This document shows, in pieces, positions 1-11,832 of a DNA stretch of 32,000 nt. Each line of letters begins with the position of its first letter. The stretch's first letter is position 1. Both the position numbers and the translations under genes were made by a program. This stretch comes from Bigelowiella natans nucleomorph. Lineage: Eukaryota; Protista; Cercozoa. Location of the stretch: assembly GCA_000002455.1 (NCBI GenBank), contig DQ158858.1:66137-98136 (forward strand), read 5' to 3'. Under the pieces are notes generated by a model. The model did not search any database, was not told the DNA's origin, and saw only the letters and a list, made by a program, of their open reading frames with translations.

Positions 1-367
1 ATTTAAACTAGAGACATCAAAACTTATTTTTTGCCAAAATTTTAGCTGATATAATGATTCGTTTTTTACTTAAAGTTAGAATATTTATTCTAGAATTGGA
101 AAATAGCTATAGCTAATAGATATCATCAATATTACAATCTATATTTACTAAAACCTAAATATGTTCATTCAAGCTTTTCGCTTTATATGAATTATCAAAT
201 AAATAAATGGGGTATAATAGTGTCTAATATGCGTTTATTGCAAAAAGTAAAAATAATTAATCAAGATTAAAAAAATCCTAATTCTGAAAGCACTACTAAT
301 AAACAAAAAAAAGACTAAAAGTAATCTAACATTCTTATTAATTAGGATGAGTAAAAATATCAAATGA
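1..367 (+). CDS. 3' part of a hypothetical protein (partial, spliced)
   Basis: Removing 19-nt GT-AG introns at 75-93 and 247-265 gives a continuous frame (RHQNLFFAKILADIMIRFLLK/NWKIAIANRY...LLQK/IKKILI...NIK*). The stop could instead be at 268-270. No family recognised. Confidence 0.45.
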
Positions 368-388
368 CTAGCAATATTTAAACTACGA

Positions 389-1039
389 CTAGTGTACATC
401 CTTCAATAATTTTCCAATTTGCGTCTGGATTTGTACAGGATTTTTAAATTTAGAATTATGCATTAATTTTCTATAAAAGAATAACTACCTAAATAAATTA
501 AAATTTTTATAAGTCGAAATAATGTATATAGAATTACAATAAATTTTGATTCTGATATTTAAAGAATTTTCTATAATTGTTTTTATTATGCCATTCTAAG
601 CCTCTTTGTTTTACCTTTCCTATTAAATTCATAATTAAGAATTTTCGTCTATACTTTTTATCCACCTAATAATATTATATTTTACCAAATTTTCTAAAGA
701 CACTTTAATGAATAGAATTCTATCAGATAGTAATAATACTGAAGAGTCTTTAACTGAAAATCCTTAATAATAATCATGCTACCTACACATAATGCATCAA
801 AAAAAGTTTCAAAATTTTTACTGTATACACTAAGTTTAGTATCACATAATATCTCAATCTTTTCCTGAGAACAATACTTTTTTTTTTTTCAAATTCATTG
901 ATATATATGATTTTAAAACATTTCTGAAAATAAAGTATATATTGTACCAAATCTTTTTTAATTTTTTTATTTTATTTTTATCAACAGCTATCTTTGACTT
1001 TTTTTTTACATTGATAAAGCATTCGAACTTTGAATTCAT
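389..1039 (-). CDS. pno1: PNO1/Dim2-like KH-domain 40S biogenesis factor
   Basis: Six 18-20 nt introns removed. Product has KIAVDKNKIKKLKKIWYNIY...MNLKKKKIEI, FFDALCVGFSVKDS and LIGKNGIIKTIIENSLNIRIKI, matching PNO1 KH1 and the KH2 GxxG loop (IAGKGGKTKFTIEN). Confidence 0.85.
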
Positions 1040-1087
1040 TAAGGAACAAATACTAATAAAGATTGTAGGACCTGGTCACAGAATGAA

Positions 1088-2137
1088 ATGGTGATCAATT
1101 CTATAACTTATGATTCTCTAACAAATACAATTATTAGAAATCTAAAACGAAAAACTCCCAGTAAATGTAAATCTACATGGAATATTAAAAGAGTTGTTAA
1201 ATTTTACCAAAAAAAGATTAATATTTTTACAATTTTAATCTCTAATTATTTAAAGAATTTTTCACGAAAAATACCTGATCTACTTGAATTAAATAACTTA
1301 GAACTAGATTTAATTCATCTAATGATTGATAAAAATAAACTTTTCACAGCTTTAAAAATAGTACAAAATTTTAATCAAAAAATAGAATTATTAAAAAAAG
1401 GTTCCTTGTTAATAAAAAGATTTTTATTCTATCGTGTCTTGCTCAACCTCACAATATAGAGCTAGATCGATAAAAAAAGCATATCTCGTATTTTTTTTTA
1501 TTTTAGGGTATAGTTTTAAATAAGCTAAAACAAAACATAGTAATACTTCAATATTTATCTAAAGCCTTTGTAGCAGTTCAAACATTACTCGACTTAAGAA
1601 TAACGTCAAATCTTCAAGTGATTTTTCTACCTAAAACTCGAAAATACATGTTCCTAGATAACTTGTTCAGTAATGAAATCATAAGATCAAAATTTTATTT
1701 TAAACAAAAGTTATTAAAAAACTTATTTCACTATAATTTAAAAGGAAAAATTATTACCTGTTACTTTACGGATTTTAATAACTTCAATCACAAAAATAAA
1801 ATGCTATCAGACATTTTGGTAATATTAAATTAGAAAGATAATGATATTTGCAATACACCTCAAAAGTAACTTAACTTTTTTCATAAATATAAATACCGAA
1901 ATGAAGATGTTAGTAGACAACTTATATCGTATAGAGAAATTAAGAAAATTCTACTATAGACTGAAATTGATATTCGTTATAACAGGTTTTAGACAATGTA
2001 GTTTTAAGACATTAGATAAAAAAATTTTTGTAATTCATAAATTTTTACAAAAACGACATTTTATCGATTCTCAACAAGATACATCTCAAACTACCATAAA
2101 GGAACTTTTTAAATATTATTTCGTATTTAATAAATAA
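1088..2137 (+). CDS. nog1: NOG1-like nucleolar GTP-binding protein, divergent and C-terminally short
   Basis: Introns at 1401-1419, 1488-1506 and 1819-1837 (19 nt each). N-terminus KRKTPS...IKRVVKFYQKKI and SQYRARSIKKAYLG match NOG1 QRKTPT...RIRSFYMRKV and SLYRCKQLKRAALG. Confidence 0.82.
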
Positions 2138-2342
2138 TCAAACACTTTATAAAAGGCTATGCAATTAGTTTCATAATAAATTTTTTAAAATAGATTTATT
2201 CTTGATAGGTGTTTAATGAACGGATTTTTTGCTAACAAATTGTCACTATCTAATTTATGAGCAGTCTATTTTTGTTAATAGTACTTCAATATTTTTAATC
2301 TTACTAAGTAATAACTGTTTGAAGAAAAAATACAATTGCCAT

Positions 2343-3219
2343 TTAGTAATTCTTTTTCTTAAAATATTTTGTAGAATATACTTATACATAGATTCTTTTT
2401 TTTTCTATAAATAAAATAATAACTTTTATAGTTAACTGCCTAAAGTTAAGAAAATAGTTAACCCTTTTCTTCAATGTAATAGTTGACTGGTTCGTCTTTC
2501 TCTTTCTCAGTAAATAATTCACATAATATAAGAATAATCTGGAGTTATCTCTCAATTTACTCTTATTTTTATAATATGAGATTAATATTTTAAGGAAAAA
2601 ATAAAAATGAGAATTCTTTTCATAGTTCATAACTAAATTAGACTCATTAAATTTAAATGATTTGTTATCTAACCATTTTTGTGCATTCAAGGAGTTCTCA
2701 ATAAATTTATAAGTGGCATTTCGAGAAATAGTATATTGAAAAAGGTCATTGTAAAATTTTTTCTTGTGGTATTCTAGTAATGCTATAGGTACCTTTTTGT
2801 TGTTTATCATTAAGAAAGCTCTCAATTTTATCAGCTTTCATATGACACGTTCTAGTTTTAAAAATATTTCGAAGCATTTTTATATAATAATAAAATTTTA
2901 ATTCATTAATTTCTAGATATGAATGCGTTTTTAAAATAAACAAAGAATCAAAATTTATAGAAACTCTTAAAAAATTGGAGTATAATTGAAAAATTTTAGT
3001 ATGAAATGTTTTTATATTTAAAAAAATACTTAAACTATTCTGAAATTGACGTAATTCTAACAAAAAATATACCAAGGACATGTTCTTATTAATTTTTAAT
3101 AAATAATAATAAAAATTATTATCTAGATCAAATAATTTTAGAGGTAAGATACTTTTATGAAATTTAAGATCTACTTTTACTTTATTAGGAAGAGATATTT
3201 TTTTTAGTGCTAGTTTCAT
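2343..3219 (-). CDS. Hypothetical protein, possibly SURP-domain SF3A1/Prp21-like
   Basis: ORFs 2746-3219 and 2382-2825 are joined by a 19-nt intron (2775-2793), with a further intron at 2405-2423. ISRNATYKF...FKF...NSHFYFFLKILISYY weakly resembles SURP2 (VARNGRQF...FDFL...HSLFNYFTKLVEQY). Confidence 0.55.
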
Positions 3220-3293
3220 AATTTAAAATTAAACTAAAAATAATGATTGCCCTAAATCTAAATTTTGCTTAATTCAAGGTTTAATTAAAAATT

Positions 3294-4090
3294 CTACTTA
3301 TTAAAATTAGTTACATTGCGAAGAGCATTACTGGTATTAGAACCGTTAAAAGGTAGTGCCTTTTTATTACTGAAAGATTTTTTCAACTTTCTGAATTTTC
3401 TTATCGAATTAAAATTGTCTTTCCGATGAAAACGAAAATAATTAGACTTTTTTGTAAAATATGAAAGAATAGGATTACATTTTAATATCAAGTTCATTTC
3501 CTGATTTGTAATCTCTGTATTGCTATACTTGATCTTCAAAAAATAAAAAAGAAGAGTTTTAAACTTTAGTTTACTGTATGTTTTAAATAAAGTTTTAAGT
3601 TTTGTAACTCTTTTAGCCAGCTTTTGCTCTTTACTTGGAAAAACACTAGACTCTTTAACATTATCTTTTAAAGAAATTGAATACTTGGAAGTTTCACTAA
3701 ATTAATACTAGAAATTTCACTAGAAAGGATTCCTCCTCTAACTGTTCGTTTTTTTGTCAAGTTTTTACGCTTAAAATGGCTTCTGTTTCCAAGAGAACCT
3801 TTTTTAACATTAATTTTCAATCTTTCAAATGTATTAAGATTTTTCTTTAATAAAAATCCTTGCTTATCATGCCCTCCGTTTATAAGAAACTCATTTCTAC
3901 TAAAATCCTAATATTAGTTCAAAAACCTCTCCAAGTATTGATCCTTCTATTGTATCACCTATTTTTCTACCAATTATATGCCTTTATAAAACAAATTTAC
4001 TCTATAAATTCATCATCTCTTTTAATACTATATTGAGTTCCTAGAATTGGATCTGCTATATTTATCTGATTAAAAATTAATAACTTTCAT
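3294..4090 (-). CDS. rps6: 40S ribosomal protein S6 (eS6)
   Basis: Spliced: MKINIADPILGTQ...GRKIGDTIEGSILG...INGGHDKQGF...KKRTVRGGI...KRVTKLKTLF, the eS6 signature. Confidence 0.93.
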
Positions 4091-4144
4091 TACAAACTTA
4101 TTAGTTTACTACTAGTTATATTTAGTTCCAAACAACCAGCATAT

Positions 4145-6012
4145 ATGTTAGGTTCTTGGATAATGACAAGAAATACAATCAGTCATCAACAAATAGCTCA
4201 AGACTTATCCAACAAAAAATACTCTAATATTAACGATCAAAAAATATTATTAAACGAAAAAAATTATTCTATTTATATAAATTACAAAAGATATGAATTT
4301 GAGCAAATTTTAATGAGGAAAGGCTCTTTTACAAAAAAAATTTGGATAGAAGTAATCTAAGAAATTAAAGTATTTTAAATGGGAAGAAAATAATGGAAAT
4401 TTAGTACGAGCAAGAGATATACTAGAAAGAATGTGTAAGCAATTCAATTTAGACGAGGAATCTTACCTAAAAGTAATTCAATTTTCGATAGTATATTTCA
4501 TTTGAAATAAAGAACTGGAATATCCAGGGAGCTAGGAACATTTTTGAAAGAGGACTCAAAATTTTATCTAATTCTCAAGTAATCTGGGAAAAATATATAG
4601 ATTTTGAAAATTCCTTAGAAAATTATAAAAAAACTCGCAACATTTTTAAAAGATGGTTATCGAATACATCATCTATTAATATATGGGTTAAATATCTAGA
4701 TGTTTTGATTATAGTAATAGTATGAAGTAAAACAAGGAGATTACCAAAAAGCAAGATCGATTATAACTCACATCCTAGAACAAAATCCTAACTACTTTAT
4801 ATTAGAAAAAGTACAGAACTTTGAAATTAACCATGGATCTCTTACTACAATAAGAAATTTGATGTATTTAATGTTTAATAAACCAAACTTCATTCATCAT
4901 AAGGTTCTAAATTGATAAGTAGGCAATAACTATTCTAAAATTCGCTAATTGCGAATACTATAGCTATAATATACTGAGGTCGAAAGTGATACTGAATTAC
5001 TTGAATCATATTTATTTTAAAGTAAAAAAGAACAAAATATCTTACTATATTAAATACTTTTCTAATCAAGAACATAAACTATTAATTGAATCCAGGAAAA
5101 AATTTCAAGATAAAATATCAAAATCAGTCAAAAACCACCTTTTTTTCTTCCATCTCTTAGATCTAGAGTATTGTCAAGGGACAATTGAAAGCTTTTTAGC
5201 GGTTTAAATCATAATTATAGTTATATGAGAAAGCCATGGAAAATGTACCCTTATTAAAATATTCAAGATCCATATTATCTTATCAATTGTTAATTGAATA
5301 TTATTTTTTATTACTTAGCTCCCTAAACTTAACTAACCTGCTAAAGGTCACTTTCAATAGACTAATGAGTCTATTAAATACCTTTAAATCAGAATTAGAG
5401 GTATTATATGAAAAAACAGGAAATAAAAAAAATCAATGAATACATGCAGTTTTTAAAACTAAATAATGAAATTTTTTCTATAAACCTATATGATACAACA
5501 ATGAATACTGTTAATTCAGTTTATTATTACTGTGAAAAATATTTTGTGATGATACAAATAAAAAAGTTTAATATTTATTAAAAGAATAACAACCCTATTA
5601 TGCACATTACAAAACTTTAACCCTTATTTCTGTAGGTGTTTTGAAATTTTAAATTCTATAAAATTAATAAATTCGGATGAAAAACTAATAATAAAGCTTA
5701 TACGAATTAAAAAAGCTAGTATATATGAAAAATTTCTTCTATTCCATAAAGTTAATTTCATGTTTTTAGTTACTAGAAATATTCGCCTTATCGAAAAATC
5801 ATTTGGAATATTTTCAAATTTTACAAAACAAAATACTAGATTATTTCCAGAGTTCTTTTATTAAAAAACAAAGATATAAAAAACTGTTTATGCTATACTT
5901 ACTATCTTATATTAACTCATGTTCTAATTCTCTTTTTGAGACAGTATCACTAAACACGCACATTAAATACGAAAAAATTCTTAAAAATATAAGTTCCAAT
6001 TATTTTGATTAA
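4145..6012 (+). CDS. clf1: Crooked-neck/Clf1 HAT-repeat splicing factor (NTC)
   Basis: After tiny-intron removal: KRYEFEQILMR, IWIEYFKWEENNGNLVRARDILER, ARNIFERG, IWEKYIDFE, TRNIFKRW, IWVKYLDYEV, LYEKAMENVP (HAT repeats). The 3' end is approximate. Confidence 0.85.
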
Positions 6013-6091
6013 ATAATTAAAATCAACGAATTTAGAAATATTTTTGCATGTACTTTTTAATTATTACCACAGCTATTGAACATTAGAACAA

Positions 6092-7129
6092 ATGCTGTTT
6101 ACCTGTAGGTTGATTATAAATCAAATAAGAAACAATAAATATTTTTTTGATAAATTAACACAACTCAAGATAACCCAGCTAATAAAAAACAACAATATAC
6201 CTAATATACTGATCTTGGTTATCTATATAAATAAAAGAATAAACATGGTTACTATTATAAAGGCATACTTAGGATGCTAATATTTTCATTTAAAAAAAAA
6301 GATCTTATTAATAACATACTTTTTATAAACCATTCACTACACGAGTAAAACTATTTTAATAGATGTAATGATCTACTAAAATATCGAATCAAATTATTTT
6401 CCCAAAACGACGTATCTAGTAAAAAAGCCAAAAATTTGTTGATACTATCAGACATTGAAAAGTGACAAGTAACATTTATAGTGTTGCGCCATCATCCATA
6501 TTTTTTTTAAGAAGAATAATTGAGTTAAGCTCTTTCAATTGCCGCTTTTTCTTTCACTGCAACCAGATCAGTAAAAAAATAATTCCTATTGCAAGTAGAT
6601 GCTTAAAAGTTATACCACAACATCCATCAACATCCTACTTACTAAAGGATTTTAAAAGAAAGACAATCGAACTAGGTTTGATTTTATATCCCGGAACTAC
6701 AAATCAAGTCTTACAATATAGTAACCATATTCTTTCTATTCAAAAAGCACTACACAGACATTCCATTTTGATACCTAATACTATAACCAAAGTTCAACTT
6801 TTTTATAAAGAAAAAATTTCTACAATATTATAACATATCAGGAATCTATTTATTACAGAGACTTTATACTTTATCAATGAGTAAAAAAGCTCACTTTATA
6901 TTTGACTATCTTTTGGAGATAAATTACATTTATAGAGATAAAAGAAAATATACATGCGAACTTTTATTCAATAAAAAATTATGCGATAACCACATCATTA
7001 AAAGGTTAGAAGTAATATTCACAATCAAAGAACTATAGTCGAATGACATCAGAAAAATTTTTACCGTATTTAAAAGGGCTATATTTATATGGAAAATTAT
7101 ATTATGATCTAAAATTAACCAGTTTATAA
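6092..7129 (+). CDS. Replication factor C small subunit (human RFC2/yeast Rfc4-like), divergent
   Basis: Introns at 6218-6237, 6345-6362, 6462-6481, 6792-6810 and 7012-7030. Motifs NIPNILIL, RIKLFSQ, FLRRIIELSSFNCRFFFHCN and IIPIASRC (SRC arginine finger). Confidence 0.85.
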
Positions 7130-7173
7130 CTCAAATGATTAATTTTATCATTCTAGTGAGACCACTTTAACAA

Positions 7174-9570
7174 ATGCGTGACTCTTTTGAGAAGATTAAG
7201 AACAAAAGAGATATACTAAATACTATCAAACTGAAGAATAGGGAAGAATACATATCAACAAGATTACAAAAAAAATTAACTGAACTAAATACTTTAAATC
7301 AATATAACATATCTAATATTGAAATTAGTATCTATAAACCAAATACTTTTGAGAAAATCTTAAATCAAATACTTTTATTTAAAATTATTAAAAAATTTCT
7401 TAATATTAAGAAGACCGATAGTCAACCTAATTTTTCATTTAATACTAATACAATTGATAAAAAATCTGTAAAATATAAGTTTAATTTTTCTCATTTATCC
7501 TCTTATCTTCAAAAAAAAAAATTAATCAATAAGGATAACGATGAAAAAAAAAATAACATGGATAAAACCATTACCAAAACGAAGAAAACTATATTAAATA
7601 TAAATCCCAAACAAAATCAGTTGCCTATTATCAACTCTTTTTTTCCCCTTATGAAAGCTGTCGATTTATACGACACTTTAATTGTTGTTGCTGAGACAGG
7701 CGCTGGCAAAACTACACAAATACCTAAATATTTATTTTCTATGGGTTATGGTAGGCTAGGACAGATCGGAATAACACAACCAAGAAGAATTGCTGCAATT
7801 AATGTTGCAACCAGAGTAGCATTAGAAGTAAACTCATCTGTTGGTTTATTGGTAGGCTACGTAATAAGGTTTGAAGATTGTATATCAAATTTAACAAAAA
7901 TTAAATTTATGACAGAGGGAATATTATTGCGAGAAATTATTAATGAACCACTTTTACTCCAATATAGTGTTTTAGTGTTAGATGAAGCTCATGAAAGATC
8001 TATATTTTCAGATATTCTATTTTCATTACTTAAAGACTTAAATATTTTAAGATCAGATTTGAAATTAATCATTTGCAGCGCAACAATTAATACAAATAAA
8101 TTTTCCAAATTCTTTAGCTATGCTCCTCTTTTCCAGATACCAGGAAAAATTTACTCAGTTGAAATATACAACAGTAAAGAGTCAGAAATTGATTACCTCG
8201 ATGCCGTTGTTAGAACAATACTACAAATTCATATAAAGTCAAAGCAAGGTGATATTCTAGTATTTTTAACAGGCCAAGAGGATATAGAGATCGTCGAAAA
8301 TATCATCAGTAAGAGATCAAAATTAATTAAAACTCTCATGGGTCAATTAGAAACATTTCCACTTTATGCCAATTTAAGTTATAATCTTCAAAATAAAATT
8401 TTTTTAAAATTACCCACAAACAAGCGTAAAGTAGTTCTTTCTACTAATATTGCCGAGACATCCCTAACAATATCAGGTATAACTTTCGTGATTGATTCGG
8501 GTTTATGCAAGCTCAAATATTTCGATTATCTTGCAAAATATGAAACACTAATTGTTTCTCCGATTGCCAAGTCATCGGCATGGCAAAGAAGTGGTAGAGC
8601 AGGAAGAACTGCGAAAGGTATCTGTTTTAGATTATATACCGTAGATACTTATAAATTTGTTTTACGTAAAGCAATCGTTCCAGAAATTCAAAGAATAGAA
8701 ATAGGTATAAAAATTATAAAAAGATAGCGTAATATTAATCTTGAAATGCCTCGGTATAAACGATATAAACAATTTTGAATTTTTAGATAAACCTCCTGTT
8801 GAGAGTGTTTTTGCTAGTTTAGAACATCTCTATATTTTAGGGGGTCTAAACGAGGAAGGACAACTATCAAAACTAGGAAGATATATGTGCGAGTTTCCAT
8901 TAAAACCAAGTCTATCAAAAATCTTGATTATTTCTAACTTTCACCAAGTATTATGAAAATAATTAGTGTGTAGAAGAAATACTTATTATTTGTTCGATAT
9001 TATCGTTAGAATCCAGAATCTTCAATTATAATCATCTTAATAATGTTGATCAAAAACAAGTACTTAAAAAATTTACCATTATTCCAAAAAGTGATCATTT
9101 AAGCTATTTAAATGTTTTTAGAGAATGGATTAATAATGATTTCTCAATTAATTGGACTGACAGAAACTCCATAGACGTTACTAATTTTATTATAGGCTAA
9201 AATTATGTTCAAAGCAAGATTTATTTTCGAACAATTATTAGGTTTAAATCAAAAATTGTTGAATTCCCAAAAAATAGGAATCAATAAAACAAATCCTACA
9301 ATGATTATTAAGTGTTTATTAAGTGGTTTATTCATGAATGCCGCCTTTTTCTATTCGGCTAACTGTTATAGATTGTTATCTAGTTCCACAGTAGTCTCTG
9401 TTCATCCTTCTTCATTATTATTAAACTATAATACTAAATGGGTAGTTTTTCAAAACATTGTGCTAACGAACAAAGAATTCATTAACGTCATAACTGAAGT
9501 GAAAATAGAATGGTTAATTGAAACAGCACCAATATTTTATAATTTTAAAAAACATATGAAAAATTATTAA
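7174..9570 (+). CDS. prp2: DEAH-box spliceosomal RNA helicase, Prp2/DHX16-like
   Basis: Motifs AETGAGKTTQ, TQPRRIAA, DEAHER, SAT, FLTGQEDIE, STNIAETSLT and QRSGRAGR. YANL and N-terminal REEYISTR favour DHX16/Prp2, but the paralogue call is less certain. 19-nt introns at 8705-8723, 8948-8966 and 9177-9195. Confidence 0.88.
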
Positions 9571-9592
9571 ATACTATAAAAAATTTTACTCA

Positions 9593-10363
9593 TCAGAGAT
9601 GCTTTTTTCTCAATTATTGTTGATTTGTAGTTTTTAAACTGAAATAATACCTCATAAGATTTTGTCACTTGATTAATATAACTAAATTTCACAATATTTC
9701 TATAAACCTAAAAAGTATTATTTTACTTTTGTTAAATATTCAGTGATTGACTTGTTATTAATGAAATAAATACTTTTTTTATATTTTTTTAAAGGTACAT
9801 AAGTTAAAGCACTAAAATAACTTTTGTTCAAACTCTTTTGAGATCTTTCATCGTTGCTAGTTTTATTTTTAGCTATTTGAGATACTGGAATCTGAATTCC
9901 CCCATCAATTAATCCCTACTTCATTATATTGTACCTTAATGAATGCGTTTATTCTACCCTTTTCATTTAGACGTTTGAAACCTATATCTATCGTTAGTAG
10001 AAAAGTATGCGATTTATATAGTTTAAATTCAGTAATTATTCGTTTAGCCAATAGTAAACCAATAAAATATGAATTTATTAAGTTTTTTTTACTATGAATC
10101 AATCCAAATTTTATTAAATCCATACTGCTTGCCTTGGCTACTATAGTATCACCGGACAAACTAGAAAAAGTAATTACTCCGGATAAATTAGTGTTCGTAG
10201 TGGTAAAGTAACTTCTAAACTTTTTTGATTTGTTTGTATAAGATTTTAAAAATCTTGAATCATAAGATTTTCCATACTTAGTTAAAAACTTTCGATTTCT
10301 TCTATGTTTAACTACGAATTTTGAAAAATAGGAAGCATTTTTAATAATCTTTTGATAAATCAT
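9593..10363 (-). CDS. rpl5: 60S ribosomal protein L5 (uL18), divergent
   Basis: MIYQKIIKNASYFSKFVVKHRR, GDTIVAKASS, YFIGLLLAKR, DIGFKR and, after a 19-nt intron, KGLIDGGIQIP. Confidence 0.9.
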
Positions 10364-10412
10364 AGAATAATTCTAATACCAATACTGCAATCGTTATTAT
10401 CAAAAAAATATC

Positions 10413-11789
10413 ATGTTCGGCATAATTATTTCTGCAAAAGTTTTAAACATCAATGAAAAAAATTTTATATTAAAAAAGATAAATAATCCATCAGTTTCAT
10501 TAGGTCCATTTTCAAATTATAGGAACTCTTGGTAATGTTTCACATGGAAAAACGACGTTTATTAAAAACTTAAACCCTATTTATTCTTATCAAAATAAAA
10601 GCGAAATAGATAATAAAATAACCATAAAATTAGGATATTCAAATTCTAAAATTACAAAAAAAAAGGTTCTTGGATTTAATAATTCTCTTTTAAAGTATGA
10701 AATTCATAGAGATCGCTCAATAAATGATGAATCGGTTGTTTTTGATTTTTCAATTGTCGATTGTCCTGGTCATGAAATTCTAGCATCTACTTTATTAACT
10801 GGTGTTTCGATAATAGACGGGTCTCTTTTATTCATTTCACAGGAGGAATGGTTTCCGCAATCTCAATCTATCGAACATTTAGTTGCATTAAAAAATAAAA
10901 ATTTAATGCATATAGTTATCGTTCTGAGCAAAATAGACTTATTAAAGATAAATTTTTTCTTCTATAGATATTTATTTATTAAATCGTTCATAGAAGAGGT
11001 TATATACTTTAAATGTATATTTATACCTTTTACAGAAAAAGTAAAAACAAAACGACATTTTATATTTAATAATATAATCAATTGTTTTGGAAATATATCA
11101 CGAGTTTTGCAATTCCCACCATTTTTTACTGTTATCAGAACTTTCGCATTGATAAGTAAGACTAAGAACAATAATTTAATAACAAGAGGTATATTTGGAG
11201 GATCATTAATAAGAGGGTACTTAAAAAAAAACCAACTCATCGAAATTAGACCAGGAACATTAAAACATAAAAATACTTATCCTTTTCTAAATAAAATAAT
11301 AGGCATTAAAGACTTTAATTTAGATATTCCAGAAATACTACCTAGAGGATTAATAGCAATAGAAACAAACGTATTATCTTATAGTAAAGATCAGTTCAAG
11401 TGCCACTAATAATGACTTATTGGTTGGCAGTGTTGTTGGAGAAATTGGGACATTACCACCAGTATATAGAGCATTGAAGATCAGATTCAATATAATTAAA
11501 AAAAATATTAAATATAATATTAGACAAACTAAAAAACTTATGAAAACAAACGCAATAGAAATAGGCGAGCTTGTATTGTTGAATATCAATTCTGCTACTA
11601 CACTAGGAGTTGTTATGAATGTATTAACTTTTTTAAAAGATCAATTTTTCATCAGTCTCTATTTATTTGAATACCCCCGTTTGCTCCTTCGCACTCGCGA
11701 AAGTAACTGTTTCAAAATTCATTGAACAAAAATGGAGAATTATTATTTGGGGATCCTTAGAGGGTGGATTAAAAATAACTCCATTCTAA
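10413..11789 (+). CDS. eif2G: Translation initiation factor eIF2 gamma
   Basis: GTLGNVSHGKTT, ITIKLGYSN, VDCPGHEIL, FPQSQSIEHL, SKID, IEIRPG and KWRIIIWG. 19-nt introns at 10504-10522, 11371-11389 and 11621-11639. Confidence 0.93.
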
Positions 11790-11832
11790 AAAGTCGCAGG
11801 CTCTCTAAATAAACTTGTTTAAATGGTAAATA

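Noticed and set aside
385-445. Minus-strand frame KSCTNPDANWKIIEGC resembling Yju2/Cwc16
   Set aside because: It has stops immediately upstream, and another frame continues the PNO1 KH domain.
10962-11589. Antisense ORFs over eIF2-gamma (likewise 22653-22859 over hsp70 and 2229-2414)
   Set aside because: These are shadow frames with no recognisable motifs.
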